Below the pieces are notes generated by a model, which ran no database searches, was not told the origin of the DNA, and saw only the letters and a program-made list of their open reading frames with translations. DNA of 64,000 bases, taken from Candidatus Omnitrophota bacterium (GTDB lineage Bacteria > Omnitrophota > Gorgyraeia > Zapsychrales > Fredricksoniimonadaceae). Location of the stretch: NCBI GenBank assembly GCA_044225175.1, contig JBGAJA010000002.1:216949-280948 (forward strand), given 5' to 3'. Positions 1 to 15,000 of this stretch are shown here, piece by piece (the stretch's first letter is position 1; every line of letters begins with the position of its first letter). The position numbers were made by a program, and so were the translations under genes.

Positions 1-3000
1 GAAGTCATTGCTGGCATTAGAAAGAAATACAATTTAGCCGACCACAAGGTCCATCCAACTGTGGAACGCATGATCAAAGGTGCCCAAGAAGAGGCCCAAA
101 AGCATTTAGCGTTAAAAGCAGAAATTGAACGTGCCCTTGGTGAAGACAAATTAAGTGAAGTCAAAACATTGATCGAAAGCATGGATGACCCAACCAGAGC
201 TCAACCTATTGTCATGGCTGGAGGAGTACCTTTATTCAAAGCCATTAAAGAGGTATTAGCTACAGGTGGAAGTGATGAGATTCTTTTAAAGGATATTAAA
301 GCTAAGGTTGCACAATCTACCATTTCACCCCAATTTGAGAACATGGATGAAACAATCAGTCAAATGTCCCAAGACCCCATGATTTCTTCTGTCATAAGAG
401 CTTTAGAAAAAGCAAGACCAAATGAAACGGCGGGCGCCAAAGCAGAAACCAAGGACAAGCAAAAATCATCTACTTCTGGCGCTGCTATGGGTATTATAGC
501 TGCTATTTTAGGCTTTATCGGAGCAGAGAAGGTGATGCCTCCACAACAAGCCAAGGCAGATACGCCAACAACCATTTCAACTCAATATGAAGACATTCAT
601 ACAGAAACTATGGATGTGCAGCCTGCATCTTCTCAAGATTCTAAAGATAACGATCAGGGACCGGATGGAAATCATACGAAGGATACGGGGCCATTGGCAC
701 CTCCACCCCAGCCCATAAGCACGGCACCGGTAGTACCGAGTCATAATCCAACTCCTCCGGCCCCTGGTCCAGTACCTTTACCTGTGCAAATGCCTGTTCC
801 AAATACAGCTGCGGGAAACAGTCCGCCACCGTTTAACGGCCATATCATTTTATATCAGCCTATAACCTACCCTGAAAGAATGGGCTTAGTGGGGCCAAGT
901 GTAGGCTATAGACATGTATTAGATTCCTTAAAAACCGAAGGAGCTGTATGGAGGGTTCTACATCCAGGTATTAAACCATCTGCCCTGACTTTCTCCAAGT
1001 CAGCAGGCAGAGGAAATGCAGAAAACGGAGAAAATAATGCAGAAGCACAAGTAGGACAAGCAGTTAGAGTAGAAGTACCAGTTTCACAAAAGTTAAGTGA
1101 AAAGTTGGGTAGCGCGAGCTCTGTGCTCGTGAATGAAACAGAAACAGAAGTAAATGCAGTCAACGAAGTAAGTAGCAATGACAGTAACACAGTAGCAAGA
1201 TTAAATGATGTAGGGAACGGTTTGAAACCGTTCCGTACCACAGTAAGTGAAGTTCAGTCTGGAAATGCAGTACGCAGCATGCAACAAGCCCAAGTAGTTG
1301 ATGGGTCTATAAGCGATGGTACAAATGCAGTAGAAGTAGGCAAGACTCGTTCTGGTGACAGCAATGATGTCACTGTAAGAAGTGCTAACAATGAAAATGG
1401 TGTGCCTAGCCCAATCGTGCCTGGATCAGAAGGTGTGATCAAAGACGAAGAAGGTATAAGCGATCCGACTGTTTGGATTGGCGACGTAGACACTGCAGCA
1501 AATATAAGTTCAAGTAGTCTGTTATCTCGTGATACTCGCTCTCATACCGGTTCCATAGGTATGTCAAATGTTGAAGAAGCAGATGGAATACATAATAGTG
1601 ATGAAAATAGTGTGTCCAATGGTGCAAGAAGTACGCCAAAAGACACTGAAAATATTTCCGAAGTCAGAAGTTCTGTAGGTGCGTCGACTGATAACCAATC
1701 TCCCGTAGTTCCTCAAGGAGATGAAAAATCAGAGGCGCAACAAGTACGTTCAACCACAGCTGTTAGAAATGACAATAACGGCGGTGGAAATTCTCTGTTC
1801 CCCAATACTAATTCCCAATTATTACCCATTGATTTAGGCGCAACCCTAAGCGCTACCGATACCAGTGCTCTCAACATTGGTGGAGGCGAGTCCATTCTTA
1901 ATTTAGTCCATGCTCAAACAATTGAATTCATGCAAAACAATGGAGGTTTACCATGGTCAGCCAAACACTCAGCATCAAGCATTTTGTTACCTTCCCTCAG
2001 ATCAATTCCAGAATTGCAACAGCCCGTGACCACCTTAACAGGATCCACATCTATCTCATTGAATCTAGTGGCAAGATCTACAAGCGAGACGGTCTTTGCG
2101 ATGCCTGGCAGCCGCTTGGAGACAGTGATCGAGGCAGATTCAGTGACATCCTTGAACATCCAGACACTCTCAAGTGTCCCAGCTACAGCACCAACAACAT
2201 CAGTCTCCTTAACTAATACCAATAGCGTTACAGATAAACTCAGCCACACCCTTGGGGCTGCTCCAGTTGTACCGGCATCTTTAACTTCTCCAGTTAAAGA
2301 TGCCGTTGCTTCACAATTAACCACAGCCCAATTGCAACAATTGGTGGCTGAAGGTGCCAAGAGATTCTCTGGTAGAAATATTTTCAATGTGCTTGATATA
2401 CAAAAGATGGAAATGAATGCTTTCGATATCATGTTCGGTGAAGAACCTAACAGCACACAATTGATGTACGTAGGTAAAGATGACAGAGGCTATTTCATCG
2501 CTACATCTAAGGGAGTCAAAGACGGCTTAGCAAAAGAACAATTGCCTCAAGGTATTTCTGATAGGGCCTTTGAATTATTAGATTCCGCTATTGAAAGACC
2601 AGTCATTCAAATCGTTTCTGAGAACATTTTAAATGGCCGTTCATTTGCCATCACCAAAGATTTCAACTCAATTAACAATGAAGCCTTAGGCCATGTCAGC
2701 AAAGCTTTCTTTGGTAAACCATACGATTATGTCGCACTCAAAGTCTCCAAAGTCTCAGCGACACCATTTATGAATAAAGACCGTGCAGGAAAAGCAACTG
2801 GTGGAGCTGATATTCAAGGCCTAACATTGACTAACTTGGCCGATCGTCCAATGGCTAACAAAGAACAAGTTCAAAAACAAGCCCAAGATATTGATGAGAA
2901 AATTACTAAAGAACCACAAGAAAAAGCCAAGAACATCGTTGCCATCAATCAAGTGCAGCAACGTGTAGAAGCTGCTAAAAACACCAGAAATAACGGCGAA

Positions 3001-6000
3001 ATTAATACTGCTGCAACTTATGCCTTAGAACATTCAGCACCATTGAGATTTGAACAATTGCCAGAAAACTGGAAGAAGTATTTTGCTAAACAAATTAATC
3101 ATGAACTTGCCGTTGGTCTTCAGTTCACCATGTTTAACAATACCGTTCCTAATTCCATTGCATCAAACGCCATCTGGGGTAATTTGAACTTTGGCGGAGG
3201 ATTTGGAATTGCTCCAATCTTACCTAGCGGAATGACTACATGGGTTGAAATTGCTCAAATTGCAACCAACCTTGGAGAAACAAACCCCATTGGATTTGTA
3301 ATCCTAGGCGATCGTATCTTACAAGTGAAAAATGCTTGGATTAAAGACCAGCATGATGGATATGGTCATTTGATTCTAATCCGCCAAGGCACAGATGTAC
3401 AAAAAGTCATTGCAACCGCCTTAGTTGACCATAAGCCAGTTGCATTTGACCAAACATTAGTCTCTGATAGCAAAGATGCCTCCATCCTTAACTGGAGCTC
3501 TTTAGACACGTCCTCATTTGACCGTCTTGGTTTGGCTGAAGCTATGGAAATCATCCCGGGCCGTTTGGTCCACTTGATCACCCAAAGCGAAGACTTTGCC
3601 AGGATCTTTGGTTATGATCCAAACCGTTTAGCTCCATGGGAACAAGAAAAGAGCCCCACGGCCCGTATTCCAAGCACCCAAGAAATTCGCTTCTTCCGTT
3701 CTGGTTTATTAAACCAAAAAGAGAATTTGTTATTCATCACAGTCACAGAACGTTTAGAAGATACGAAGCTCAAGGATGGCAGCGCAATCATCAATGACGA
3801 AGACTTAGGTGCATTTAAAGATATTAAGAACAAGTTAGTCTTAACACGCGGTTTTGTGGTGGATTTATCCAAACGTAAGGGTGGGGAAGACAAGACAGCT
3901 GGTATCTATGAAGCTTACCGCGCCTTAGATTACGATGAAGATGGAAGCAAGGTCGGCATTCAATATGTGCCTTCCTTATTAAACATCGAAAACTTAAAGA
4001 AGACCATTGATGTCAACCGTGGATCTGATGACAAAGGCGAATCGGTTAGTTCAAGCTTTATTAATCCTATGACAGGAATTAATCAAGATATGTTCTATGG
4101 CAATGAATTGCCATATGCCATCCCACAATATTCCAGAAACATTGATGGCAGCTTATCTTTGAAACCTGTAGGTGGAGCATCCATTGGTTATCAAGATGGG
4201 CAACAAGTTATGTTTACGGCCATGTATTCACCGAAAGCCAATGAATTCCAAATGGCCTTTAATCAAAAGGACAACACATCTGTCATCACAAGCCAAGTAT
4301 GGTCTAAAGATTCTGGCGCCTTTGGTACGGTTGAAATTAAGGGAACAGAAGCATTGAATGGAATGGTCAAAACAGTCTTAGATGAAAACACGGACGTTTC
4401 TTTATTAAGCACAAGCGACATTCAAAATGGCAATGGCCAAAGCGTCCTTTATAATCCTAAGACCTTAAGTCACGAGAAGACATCTGATTATTTATCTCAA
4501 ATCATCAAAGTTCTACCCGCTGGAATTGCCCAAAAAGCAGATGTGATTCTAGTGGATACAACCAACAAACTGACCCAAAACATGGTGGTTGAACACAGCG
4601 GACACACCGTTGTTGTCTTAGCGCAAAATACAGTTGCAGCCATTGCTAAAGCTTTAGAAGCCAACAGCAGCTTAGAGACAATTGTAGTTGTGGAACAATC
4701 TTTGGATGAAAACTTAGCCAATACCATCAGAGCTTCTTCCGTAACTCAATTATTCAAAGGTTCTGAAGTCTATTACAACATTCATTCCAAGACCGTTGCC
4801 GTTGAAGTTGTGACCAAACCAGTTTATGGCCGTGTTATTATCCCTGGAAGAAACGTCATTTATTTAACAGACAAGCAATTGGTCAACCAAACAATCGCTG
4901 CTGCTCATGAAGTTCAAACAGGGGAAGAATTTGTCAGCCAAATCAAAGCTGGTAATGTGACTATCGGAAACCCAATTCGCTTAGTCAATGAAGCTGGAAA
5001 ACCAGCTCCAATCATTGTGACACGCGGGTTTAATTTGAAACCTGGTGAATTTGGTATCTTAGAACTTGGTAAACAATTTAGAGATCCTGTTGCTGAAAAT
5101 CCAAATGCCTATGCTGTTTTGTATGACACCAAGACCAATGAGTTCATTATCATCAATCATCCTCAAGACATTCCTTTAACAGAACAAAGAAAGCTTGTAT
5201 CCATCAATCGATTCATGTCCAAGGCGACTACAACAGTAGCTGATTCATTGGCATCAAGAAATCAAACCCTTATTCAAGTAGCTTCCAAAGTTTTTGCTAA
5301 CAATCCTCAACGATTAGCTGAATTTAAAGCTGTTATTGATCAAGACGTGAAACGCACATTGGATCGCAACATCACAGAAGCTGCTAAGGCTTACAAAGAC
5401 AAATTGACCAGCTTAGAAAAAGCCCAAAGAGAATTATGGGCCGCTCAAGACAGACAATCCAGCGTCGATTCTTTATCTAAGAAGGGTATGTTCGAAATCT
5501 TCCAAGCCCATGCATCATTACAAGCTAAGGGCAGCGCAGAATTGTTTATCAAGAGTGTGGTATGGAACCAAGCTTATATTGAAGCAGCAAGTTCCCAAAT
5601 CAATCCAGATGCTAAATACAAGACACCAGAAGAGTATTATCAACATTTCGTGGATGATATGGGTGAGAATGGTTTGGATGCAGCTGTGGAACATGTGATG
5701 GATGATTTCAAGGCTTCTTTGGCTAACCAAGGTCCATTCAATGCCAAAGTCCTTTCAGATTTACAAAAACAAATCAGCAACAATGATGACAAAAATCCTG
5801 GTTTATCCCAACAAATTTCTTATATTCAAGGATTACCTAACACACTCTTACATGTCACGATCCCAGAAACATATAAATTTACGCCAAAAGACAGAAGCAA
5901 TGTCTTAGATCTAAAGAACAAATCTGAAGAGGATGCCCGTCAACTTCAAGCTAAATTAGATGAATGGAACAGAACACAGAATGCTGATGTTGTTAAAGAC

Positions 6001-9000
6001 CTTTATTATTCTAAAGAAGAGATTGCAACCGGACTAAACTATTGGTTAAACGATGATGGGGCCACACAAGTTGATCCAAATGTACCTGTGACTGTCAGAG
6101 GTCGTTTAAACCGCTTGGAAACAGAAGTGATCACATTCTGGCAAACACAAAAGAAACTTCACGCTAATGACGGCCCAGATGTTCAAAGAGTGATTGATCA
6201 AGAGATTGCTAACACACAAGATGAAATTAAATTAGCTAAGAGAACTGTTCAAAGATTACTTGATGATCAATTCGCCTATGTCGCAGAACTTGAACATCCA
6301 GAACAAGTCTTACAAACTAAGATAGACATTGCCCGTGACCAAGCCAAATTGTATGGCCAATATGGCGACACATTAGGTTTAGCTTTAGATAGTAAAGAAA
6401 CCCTCGTTGATTGGACCAACAAAGTCCCTGTCGTTGAGAAAGATAAAATTGCTGCTGGAAAAGAATATTTGACAAATAAAGTCAAAAATACAATTCCAGC
6501 ACAAATTGTTTATCTTCAAATGGTCAAAGATAATCCTAAGACCCCCGATCATTTCAAAGGACAGATTGATGCCTTTATCAATAGTTTGAATGAAGAATCT
6601 AACTTTATCCAAAACCGTCAAATCCCTGACTTAGCTAAAGACAGCCAATATTATGAAGATGCAACGGGTGAAACTCCTCAACAAGTAGTTGACCGTAAAG
6701 TCCAATTATTAAGTGAACAAAAAGCCATTCTTGATCAAAGAGCATTGATCTTGAAATCTTTAGGATCATTTGCTGATGAATTCTTAGGAGATTCAACCCA
6801 ACGCTATGCTCAATTTGTCCAAAATGGCATTGATAAAGCCCTGCAGATTTATGGTGCACGTACATTGCTTAAAGATCCTGCTACAGACTTTGCAACAGGA
6901 CTAGCTGATTACAACCAAGGTTTAATTGCTCAAAGTTTGAAAAATGGCGATGTTCAAGCCAAGGCTGCTCGTGAACAAACCGCTTACGAAGAAACCGTAA
7001 AAGCAGCTCGTGATGTTCAAAAAGATGCTATTGAATATAACCAAAAGATCCAATCTCTTCTTCAAGAAGTATTAGCTGAAATTAGAAATAATCCTGCCTT
7101 TGCCGGCCAAAGAGATCAATTAGAAAATGAAGTCAAAGGTGCCTTAAGAGCGTATGAACAACCTGTTCCTGCTGTATTAGTTGGACGCACCGATGTGTTA
7201 TTACCAGATGGACAAGTGACCAATCTTTTTGCATACCAAGATAATCAACAAATCAGAAATTCACTTCGCATGGATATCCGCAAGACCAACACAGGCATGG
7301 TCAACTCGGACTATCTCTATGCCAATAACTTGCCAAATGGTGTCAATCTTTATGCTGGTACATTACAAGCAGAAAGCATTAACCAACGTGTCTTTGCCAT
7401 CGACATGCTTTTAACTCCAGAACAAGCCACAGCCGTTGATCGTTTCATCGCAGGATTCATTCGCCAAGACCAATTCCAAGAAGCCTTCAATGCCCCAGGA
7501 CAAAGCGAGAAACATACATACATGGTCATTGGTAATGGTTTTGCAGCTGCCAATGACAAGGGTTATTTCGCAGTGACAGGAATTGTGATGAAGGACGTTT
7601 CTCATGCAGACAACAATTCAAGCAACACTCAAGGCGTTCGCGTAGACATGGCCCGTAATTTGGATCAAGATGGCAACATCAAATTGGTCTTTGCAGGAGA
7701 CTATGTCAATAGCCAACAAAAAGCCATGACCAACATTAAGATCATGGATGTATTTTCTAATACAACGGTCGTCTCTGCAGACCGCTTGCTTGTTGCCAGA
7801 AACTCTTTTGCTGACCTTCAATTCGGACCTGACTTTGTTGTTCCAGGCAGCCAACTTAAGGATGAAGAAGGCAATGTGATTAGACAAGCCACATTGAGTT
7901 TACGCGCTGTCCGTGAATATTCAAGATCATGGGACGGTTCTTGGACTGCAATCAACTTCCCAACTGTAGGTACAACCGTGCAATACCGTGACATCACCGT
8001 AGGTGTCAGCCGTGCTATTGGCCAACCACGATATGGATTTACGGCAGCATACAAGAATTTCAGCACATATTACAGCTACCAAGGCGGAGAAAAAGCTTAT
8101 GGAGCTGCTGCCAACTTCAAGGTATTTGAAGACTTACAAGCTAATGTTGAAGTCTATCACAGTGCAACAGCCAAATACGGGGTCAGATTTGACTTTGAAC
8201 AAAGAATTGCCCAAAAATGGGGTGTGAATGTTGGTTCTGATGTCAATGAAGGAGGACTTACCCCAGGAGTTGGAATCAAACGTTATTTAGGTGGCAATAC
8301 AGAAAACGATTTTGATGCCATTACAGATTTGACTAAATCTCCAGCTATTTTTGCTGACACATTTGCAGCTTTAAAGAAAAAGCAAGTCACTGAAAACGAA
8401 AACATATTGTATGTACCTGAAGAGATTTTTGATCAAGCCAAAGCCTTGTATGCTATCAACCAAGTGACAATTCCTAACGATGCTCCAGAGTTAACAGCAT
8501 TAGTGACATTAGATGGCCGCTATGTCATGCTTCCAGCTCTTGGCTTAATGCAAGCAGAACAAGACGCCCGCTTCGCTGATGATTCTCATGGGGTAGCTAG
8601 AATTGCCCAAAATATCCCAGCTAAAATCACCAAAGACCAATACACCAAGGCTGTTGCCGCTAAGTTAATTGAGACTATCAAAGACATTGACCAAAAAGAT
8701 TTAACAGAAGCTGGTATCTGGGGTAATGGCACCATCAACAAGTATTGGAGTGAAGTTGGCGGCCAAGAACTATTCTTAGGTACTCAAGATACTATGGTCG
8801 TTCTTCCAGCCAACACAGCTAAGATGGCTGAATTAACTGGTAATCCAGGATTTGTTAGCGAATCTCCGGTTGTTATCGAGTTGGCATACAACGCCTTAGT
8901 TGAAGCCCACAATGGTCTAGAGATAGTCAAGTCCATGCCAACTGTCCAAGGAAACTTGAAAGATCTCTCTCTTGATACAATCGTTGCCACAGGCGTTCTT

Positions 9001-12000
9001 ACTATCGATGCTAAAGATTTAGCCACAGTTGAAACAACTCATCCTCAAGGATTAGCCAAAACAAATTTAACGAATGAACAATTGCAACAAGCCATCAAAG
9101 AAGGCCGTGTTCAATATGTCCAATTGTTCGATAAAGCCAATGGCGGATATCCTTATGCTAAGCTCGGCGTTGATGGACAACCAGATTATGATCAAAAGAA
9201 ATACTTTGCAGACACCCAAGATCATGAAGGCTATGAACCTGTTAGAACATTATTAGTCACAACCCCATCTAATTTCTCCATGATGAAAGCTGATGAACCT
9301 CCAGCAGCAGATCAAACAGTGTTAAGCCCGGCTGCTAAACAATTTATAGAAACTCAAATGAAAGATAAATCCATCGTATGGCTTCCTACTGGTGAAATGA
9401 AATATGTAACAGAAAAGCAACTGGTCGAAATGATCAAAGCAGGTACGGTTGTGGCTAATGAAGTTGTTAATAACAAAGGCGAAAAAGAGTGGCACTTACA
9501 GGTTAAAGTTAATGGAACATGGAAAAGCATTCAGTTGTCCAAAGAGATACTCGATACCGATGACAAACAAGCAGTTGCTAAAACATCGGATTTAGAAAAC
9601 GGAAAAATTGCTGTATCTATTTCAGAGAGTGAACTCAGAGCTCTAGTGAGTAAGGAAGGATTAAACGGACAGCATTTAACAACAAAGCATATCGAAGTAG
9701 AAAGCAAAGGTTACCCATATTTCTTAGACGCTAATTCTAATGGATTAAAAGATAAAAATGAGACAACGATCATTTACGGTTCTAAACCTAATGAATATAA
9801 AGAACGCTATCTTCCTCTTTTAACATTAAAACTTAAGGACATCGTCAGATTAAACAACGATGGTGAGAATCTTATCAGAGGCATTCAAGCCAACAGCTTC
9901 TTGGTCAACACCAAAAATGATTCGTACTATGTCTCTCTAGAGCAATTAAAAGCACAATACAATACCATCCGTCAAGAAGCTAAAGACTATCAAGTAACCA
10001 AGTTTGGTGTCAGTGGCTCACCGCTGATGAGAGTTTACTTAGGCTATAGTCAATTAGCTTCTCGTGTGGAAGTTGTGGAAAATTCAACTAGTTCAAAGAT
10101 TTATGCTTGGGACCAATTAACAAAAGAAAAAGGTTCTATTACAGTAAAAGGTCAACCTATCGGTCAAGTAACAGTGTCCAAAGATGCCCAAGGTAACAAA
10201 CGAGTCACAACCACAGATTTTAGGGCCAACAACACACAACGTATTGATATTTACAACGCTCAAAACAAACTCGAACGCAGTGAAAGACCATTGTCACAAG
10301 AAATTATTTATTTTGATACTGCGACTGGCCATGAAATTTATTCTGTGTCCATGGATACGGCTAAAGAACCAGGAGTTTCCTTAACAATCAATAACATCAA
10401 GGTAGAACATGTGACAGGCGTTTATGATTTTGAACCAAATGGTAACGGCCATAAAGTGGTCACATTCATTAACTTAAGAAATCTTTCAGATAATCGTGGA
10501 TACACTTCTGTTAGGAGATCCACATATAACAACGGTGTTGTCACAGAAGATTTAACAGGTTTTATTGAATTACCAGAACAGATCACAAGTAAAGAAGAAT
10601 TGTTCTTAAAAGTGACAGACAACTTTAAATTCAAAGATGCTTACGTTTATGATGAAGCTGGCAGTCATAAACTATTAAGAAGAGATGTTTCCTTCAAACC
10701 AAATGGCAATTGGATTAATGCCTGGTCTATTGTTGGAGGAGCTGAAGCAAAAGCACAGAAAACAGATGTTGTTAATTTCAATAAGATTATAGAGCATCGA
10801 GAAATTAAAGAAGCTTTAGCAGCCATCGATGTAACGGGCGATACATTATTAGAGCAATCCAGGGTCACCACAGATGATCAAACGGTCATATCCATCGATT
10901 TAAGACGTCCTTATGACCCTATTCAAAGAAAGATCATCACTGTTCGTAAAGAAGCAGATATCCTCCATAAAGATGTAACAAGAGTGATCGAAATCATTGT
11001 TGGTGTAGAGTTTGATCAAAGAACAGGAGAGGTTACAAAGTCCTACAAGCTGACACCAGATTATCAAATCAAAGGAGAATTCGAGACACTAACAGATTCG
11101 CAAATCACCTCCGCAGGATTAAATGTCAAAGCTCAAGGCCTATTGGCAAAGATCGCACCAATTTTGAAGAATATCCCTGAAGTCAAAGACCAAGACCTAT
11201 TCACAGCATTAAGACAAGTCGGTATTAACGAGAATACAAAGTTAACTGTACTGCGCGAAACTCCTAAAGCTTTAGAGGACGGTCAATATAAAGACAAGAA
11301 CTTAAACACCATTTATCACTTCTTAATTCCAAATGACAGTCGTGGACGTGATATTGCTGTGTTATATCCCAATAAAGATCTCGTGCTTAATTTGTGGTGG
11401 TTAGAAGGGCAAGATCTCAAGATCCGTGATAATGGAACAGTGAAATTAAAAGTTGGCGTTATCCCAGCTATGGTTGTTATAGATCAACAAGGTAACTTGA
11501 AAGAAACATTGGTTTATAAACCATCCAATGAAAAAGAACCAGCCTATAGCGTGTCTTTAGTAGACCGTAAAGAAGGCAAAGTAGTTGAGGGTGGACGTGA
11601 ACTAGCAACAGTTTCTAACGGTGCTGGACGATTATTAAAGGTTGAATACAAGAATGCAGATGGATCCACAGACTTAACAGCCGAAGGCTATGAGTATACC
11701 GTGCTTGATTCCAAGGTCAAGATGAGCGCATTTTATACCAATGGGGGTCAATTATTAGCTGAGAAGTATAGATACATTATTGCTCAACCAATGTTAAGAC
11801 AATTAGGGATGGTTTACAAAGGACAAGAAACAGTCATCTTTGATATTCGTTCCCCGTTCCGTAAGCCAATACAGTCTTTCTGGGATTTAGGCAAAACCAT
11901 TGAAGAAAAACAAATTGATTCTCAAAGAGTGATTGTCAAATCTTTTGAAACTGATCCTCAATTCTCAGCGATCAATAAGCGTGTGGTTGACGGCAATGAA

Positions 12001-15000
12001 GTCTATGATCAGTCGACAGTGATTGACTCCTATGAAGCTGAAGGGTTTGACTACCGCAAGTTCAAGAAACAAAGAACCCCGTATATCAATGATCAAATCG
12101 ATCAGAACGCAGGTGGTAAACACGTTCCCGATGTTTTACAGACATGGGGATCTGATTATCCTGCATGGGCCAACATAATTTCTGTTTTGATTGGTTTAAT
12201 TTCCTTTATCCTTATCTTTGGTAAACCTTTAGCATGGATAGGCCAGATCGTTCGATTCTTTACAAGCGAGAACAAACAAGCAGCCAGAAATGTTGCCCAA
12301 AGAATTGCTCCAAAAACGATTCAACAAATGGTCCTCGATTTAAATGCTTATCGTCATAGCGGCTATGGATTCCAAAAGGGCGCTCTGAATGAAGCCTACG
12401 GGGCCTTGGTTCGTGAATTAAAAGATCGTTTGTATGCAGGCGAAACATTAAACGGCATCACCACAGAATATTTCAGACGCTACCTTGAGAATTTCTTTAA
12501 ACCTGTCATGTCAAGAGTGTTGAACAAAGCTGAGTATCAAAGACAATTACAATTGATTGCAGGATATGGATTAGAAGAAATGTTCATCATGGAAGCAATT
12601 AATCGCGTTTCTGATAAAACAGCTAATGTAACTGCATCGGTTGATTTCTATCGATTCTATATAGCTATGCAAGAAAAGACGCATAATCCACTATTTGGTA
12701 TCAATGTTGAAGCTGATGCTAGATTATGGTCTTCTCTCTTATGGTTGCATCAATCTGGTCCAATTGTTAATCCAGCAAATAAGAAAAAATCAGACACCAT
12801 TCATCATGATGATGTCGATGGCATGTTTAGAACACCTGGCTTTATTAAATTTTATTCTACAGCTCAAGCTGAACAGGGTGGACTAACTGGTCGAGATTTG
12901 ATTGAAGAAGAATTAATGAAAGTCATTCGCTCAATTCCTGGAAAAGAAACAGTCACCATAGTTGAAGGATATGAATTCATCAGAAAAGCTTTGCCAAAGG
13001 ATATTCCTGCTGATGTCGCTCGAAAGGGGATCACGGTCAATCAAATAATAATGAAGGTTTATCCTGATATTAAAACCAGTGTATTTGGTATTTTAGGGTG
13101 GATCCGTATGATCATGAACGCCACCCCGCAATTTGTTGTAGCACTTGGAGTTTCAGCTTTAGCTTCCATCGGTTTAATTTGGATGAAGAAATCAGATATT
13201 GAAACATTGCAGATGTTGAGTTCTGGATATTTTGTTGCCGCTATCCTTGCTGTAACAGTCCTTACATTCTTTATGTACAAGGGAGCTAAATACGTTATCC
13301 GCAAAGCTTCCCCTGCAGCCTTCCACTTATTGTTAAGTATCTCAATGTTGGTCTTGATAGCCTTAGGCTGGTTTGCTCATGGATCCCTTGCGGCCATGAC
13401 AACAGCTGCCTATGCTGGATGGTTTACAGGGCTGACGATTTTCATCGCAGGTGTCGGTTTTATTTATCAGGCTTTGAAAGGGATTGACCGAAGATATTCT
13501 CAAAAAGTTTTAAAAGATAAGAATAAAGATAATTCAGATGAATGGACCATGGTTAATTTGGATGAACATGATCGCACACCAAAGGGGACATTGGGTCGTC
13601 AAGCAAGAGCTGCTGGGGTGATGATGGCCACATTATTGGCTAAATTTGTGGCTAATGTGTTTATTTGGAAATGGATCGCCGTACCGATATTAATCACATT
13701 AAACAGTCAATGGCAAATGGCAGATCTTTTTGGAGTGTTCCATGGCTTCACAGTACCCATGGGAGATAAGATTATCCTTGGGTTGACTCTTTCTGTATTC
13801 GCTGCCATTTTTATTTTGGACATATTTGCTTATTTCTATCTTATCGAAGGTGCTTTAGGGTATTGGATTGCTAAATTCAACGGTAATAATCGTATTAATT
13901 TCTGGAAACGCAATCAGGTTGTCTCCTATGGAGTTTTTGCGATAGCCGTTCTTGGCTTGGCAGGACTACTAGGAGTTCCTTATTTAAGCACAGGATTAAC
14001 AACAGCACTTACTTACATAGCTTCATTTAAAACTGTTGCAGTGATCTTGAATATTTTGAGTCACGTGCCTTTTGTGGGTACCACCCTCGTCAGTATGACA
14101 GGGCTTAAGATAGCAGTATGGATGGGCGTATTACTTAAACCAATCAATTTAATCTTAGGTTTCTTGAGCATTGAGAAAATTGGCGGTGACTCAGTGGTCG
14201 AGAAATTCGGTGTCAAAATGCACAAGGATACGGTTAAGATTGATCCCAATGGCGCAGCTCATCAATTCATGATCAAGAATCTTCCTCCAACGTATTTTAA
14301 TGATCAAGGCCAGCGCGAGGATTTAACTTTAGCACAACGTACAGTTGCCTTCGCCAAAGCCTTTAACATGATCATCTTGACCCTCTATGAAGATGATCTT
14401 ATTAATATGGATGAAGCTAGGGGCATGATTTTCGTATTTAGCTATGCAAACAAAACACGCCAAGAATCAGAGCTTGCAAGTCTCTTTGGTGAAGATCCAG
14501 ATGAAAACAATTTCTTAAACGGAACTATTATTAGAACACCACAGCTTCAAATAAGACCTGAAACATATCGCGTTCAAGACAGATTACAGAAATTTTTCTC
14601 AAGCATTTATATGGATATGTACCACATGCCGATTTATGAAATGATTAAAACGCACAGCACGATATTACCGTTTTTAGCTGAACCTGTTTTATATCCTTTT
14701 GCAGACCAAGATGTTAATGAATTTGAAGGGATTAATTCTCCCTACAAGCTCAATGAAAGAAAGGGCCACACAATTGCTAAGTATGGCACATTCTTAACTC
14801 ACATTATCAGAAGATCTCCAAATCAATGGGATAATTTCAAAGCTCGTCTCAGACGTGAGACAGAAATCGCCAGAGCTAATGGGACAATTGATCAAGAGAT
14901 CTACAATAGACGAATAGCAGATCTACAAATGATGGAGGATTTGAAATTTGGTCAACGCTTAGGAAAGAAGGAATTGGATCCTGCTGGCAAAAGGCATGCT

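Larger units (their letters stand above)
640..2300 (+). other. Low-complexity Pro-rich then Ser/Thr/Asn/Val-rich linker, probably disordered
   Basis: PLAPPPQPISTAPVVPSHNPTPPAPGPVPLPVQMPVP, followed by S/N/E/V- and S/T-rich sequence. Confidence 0.7.
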
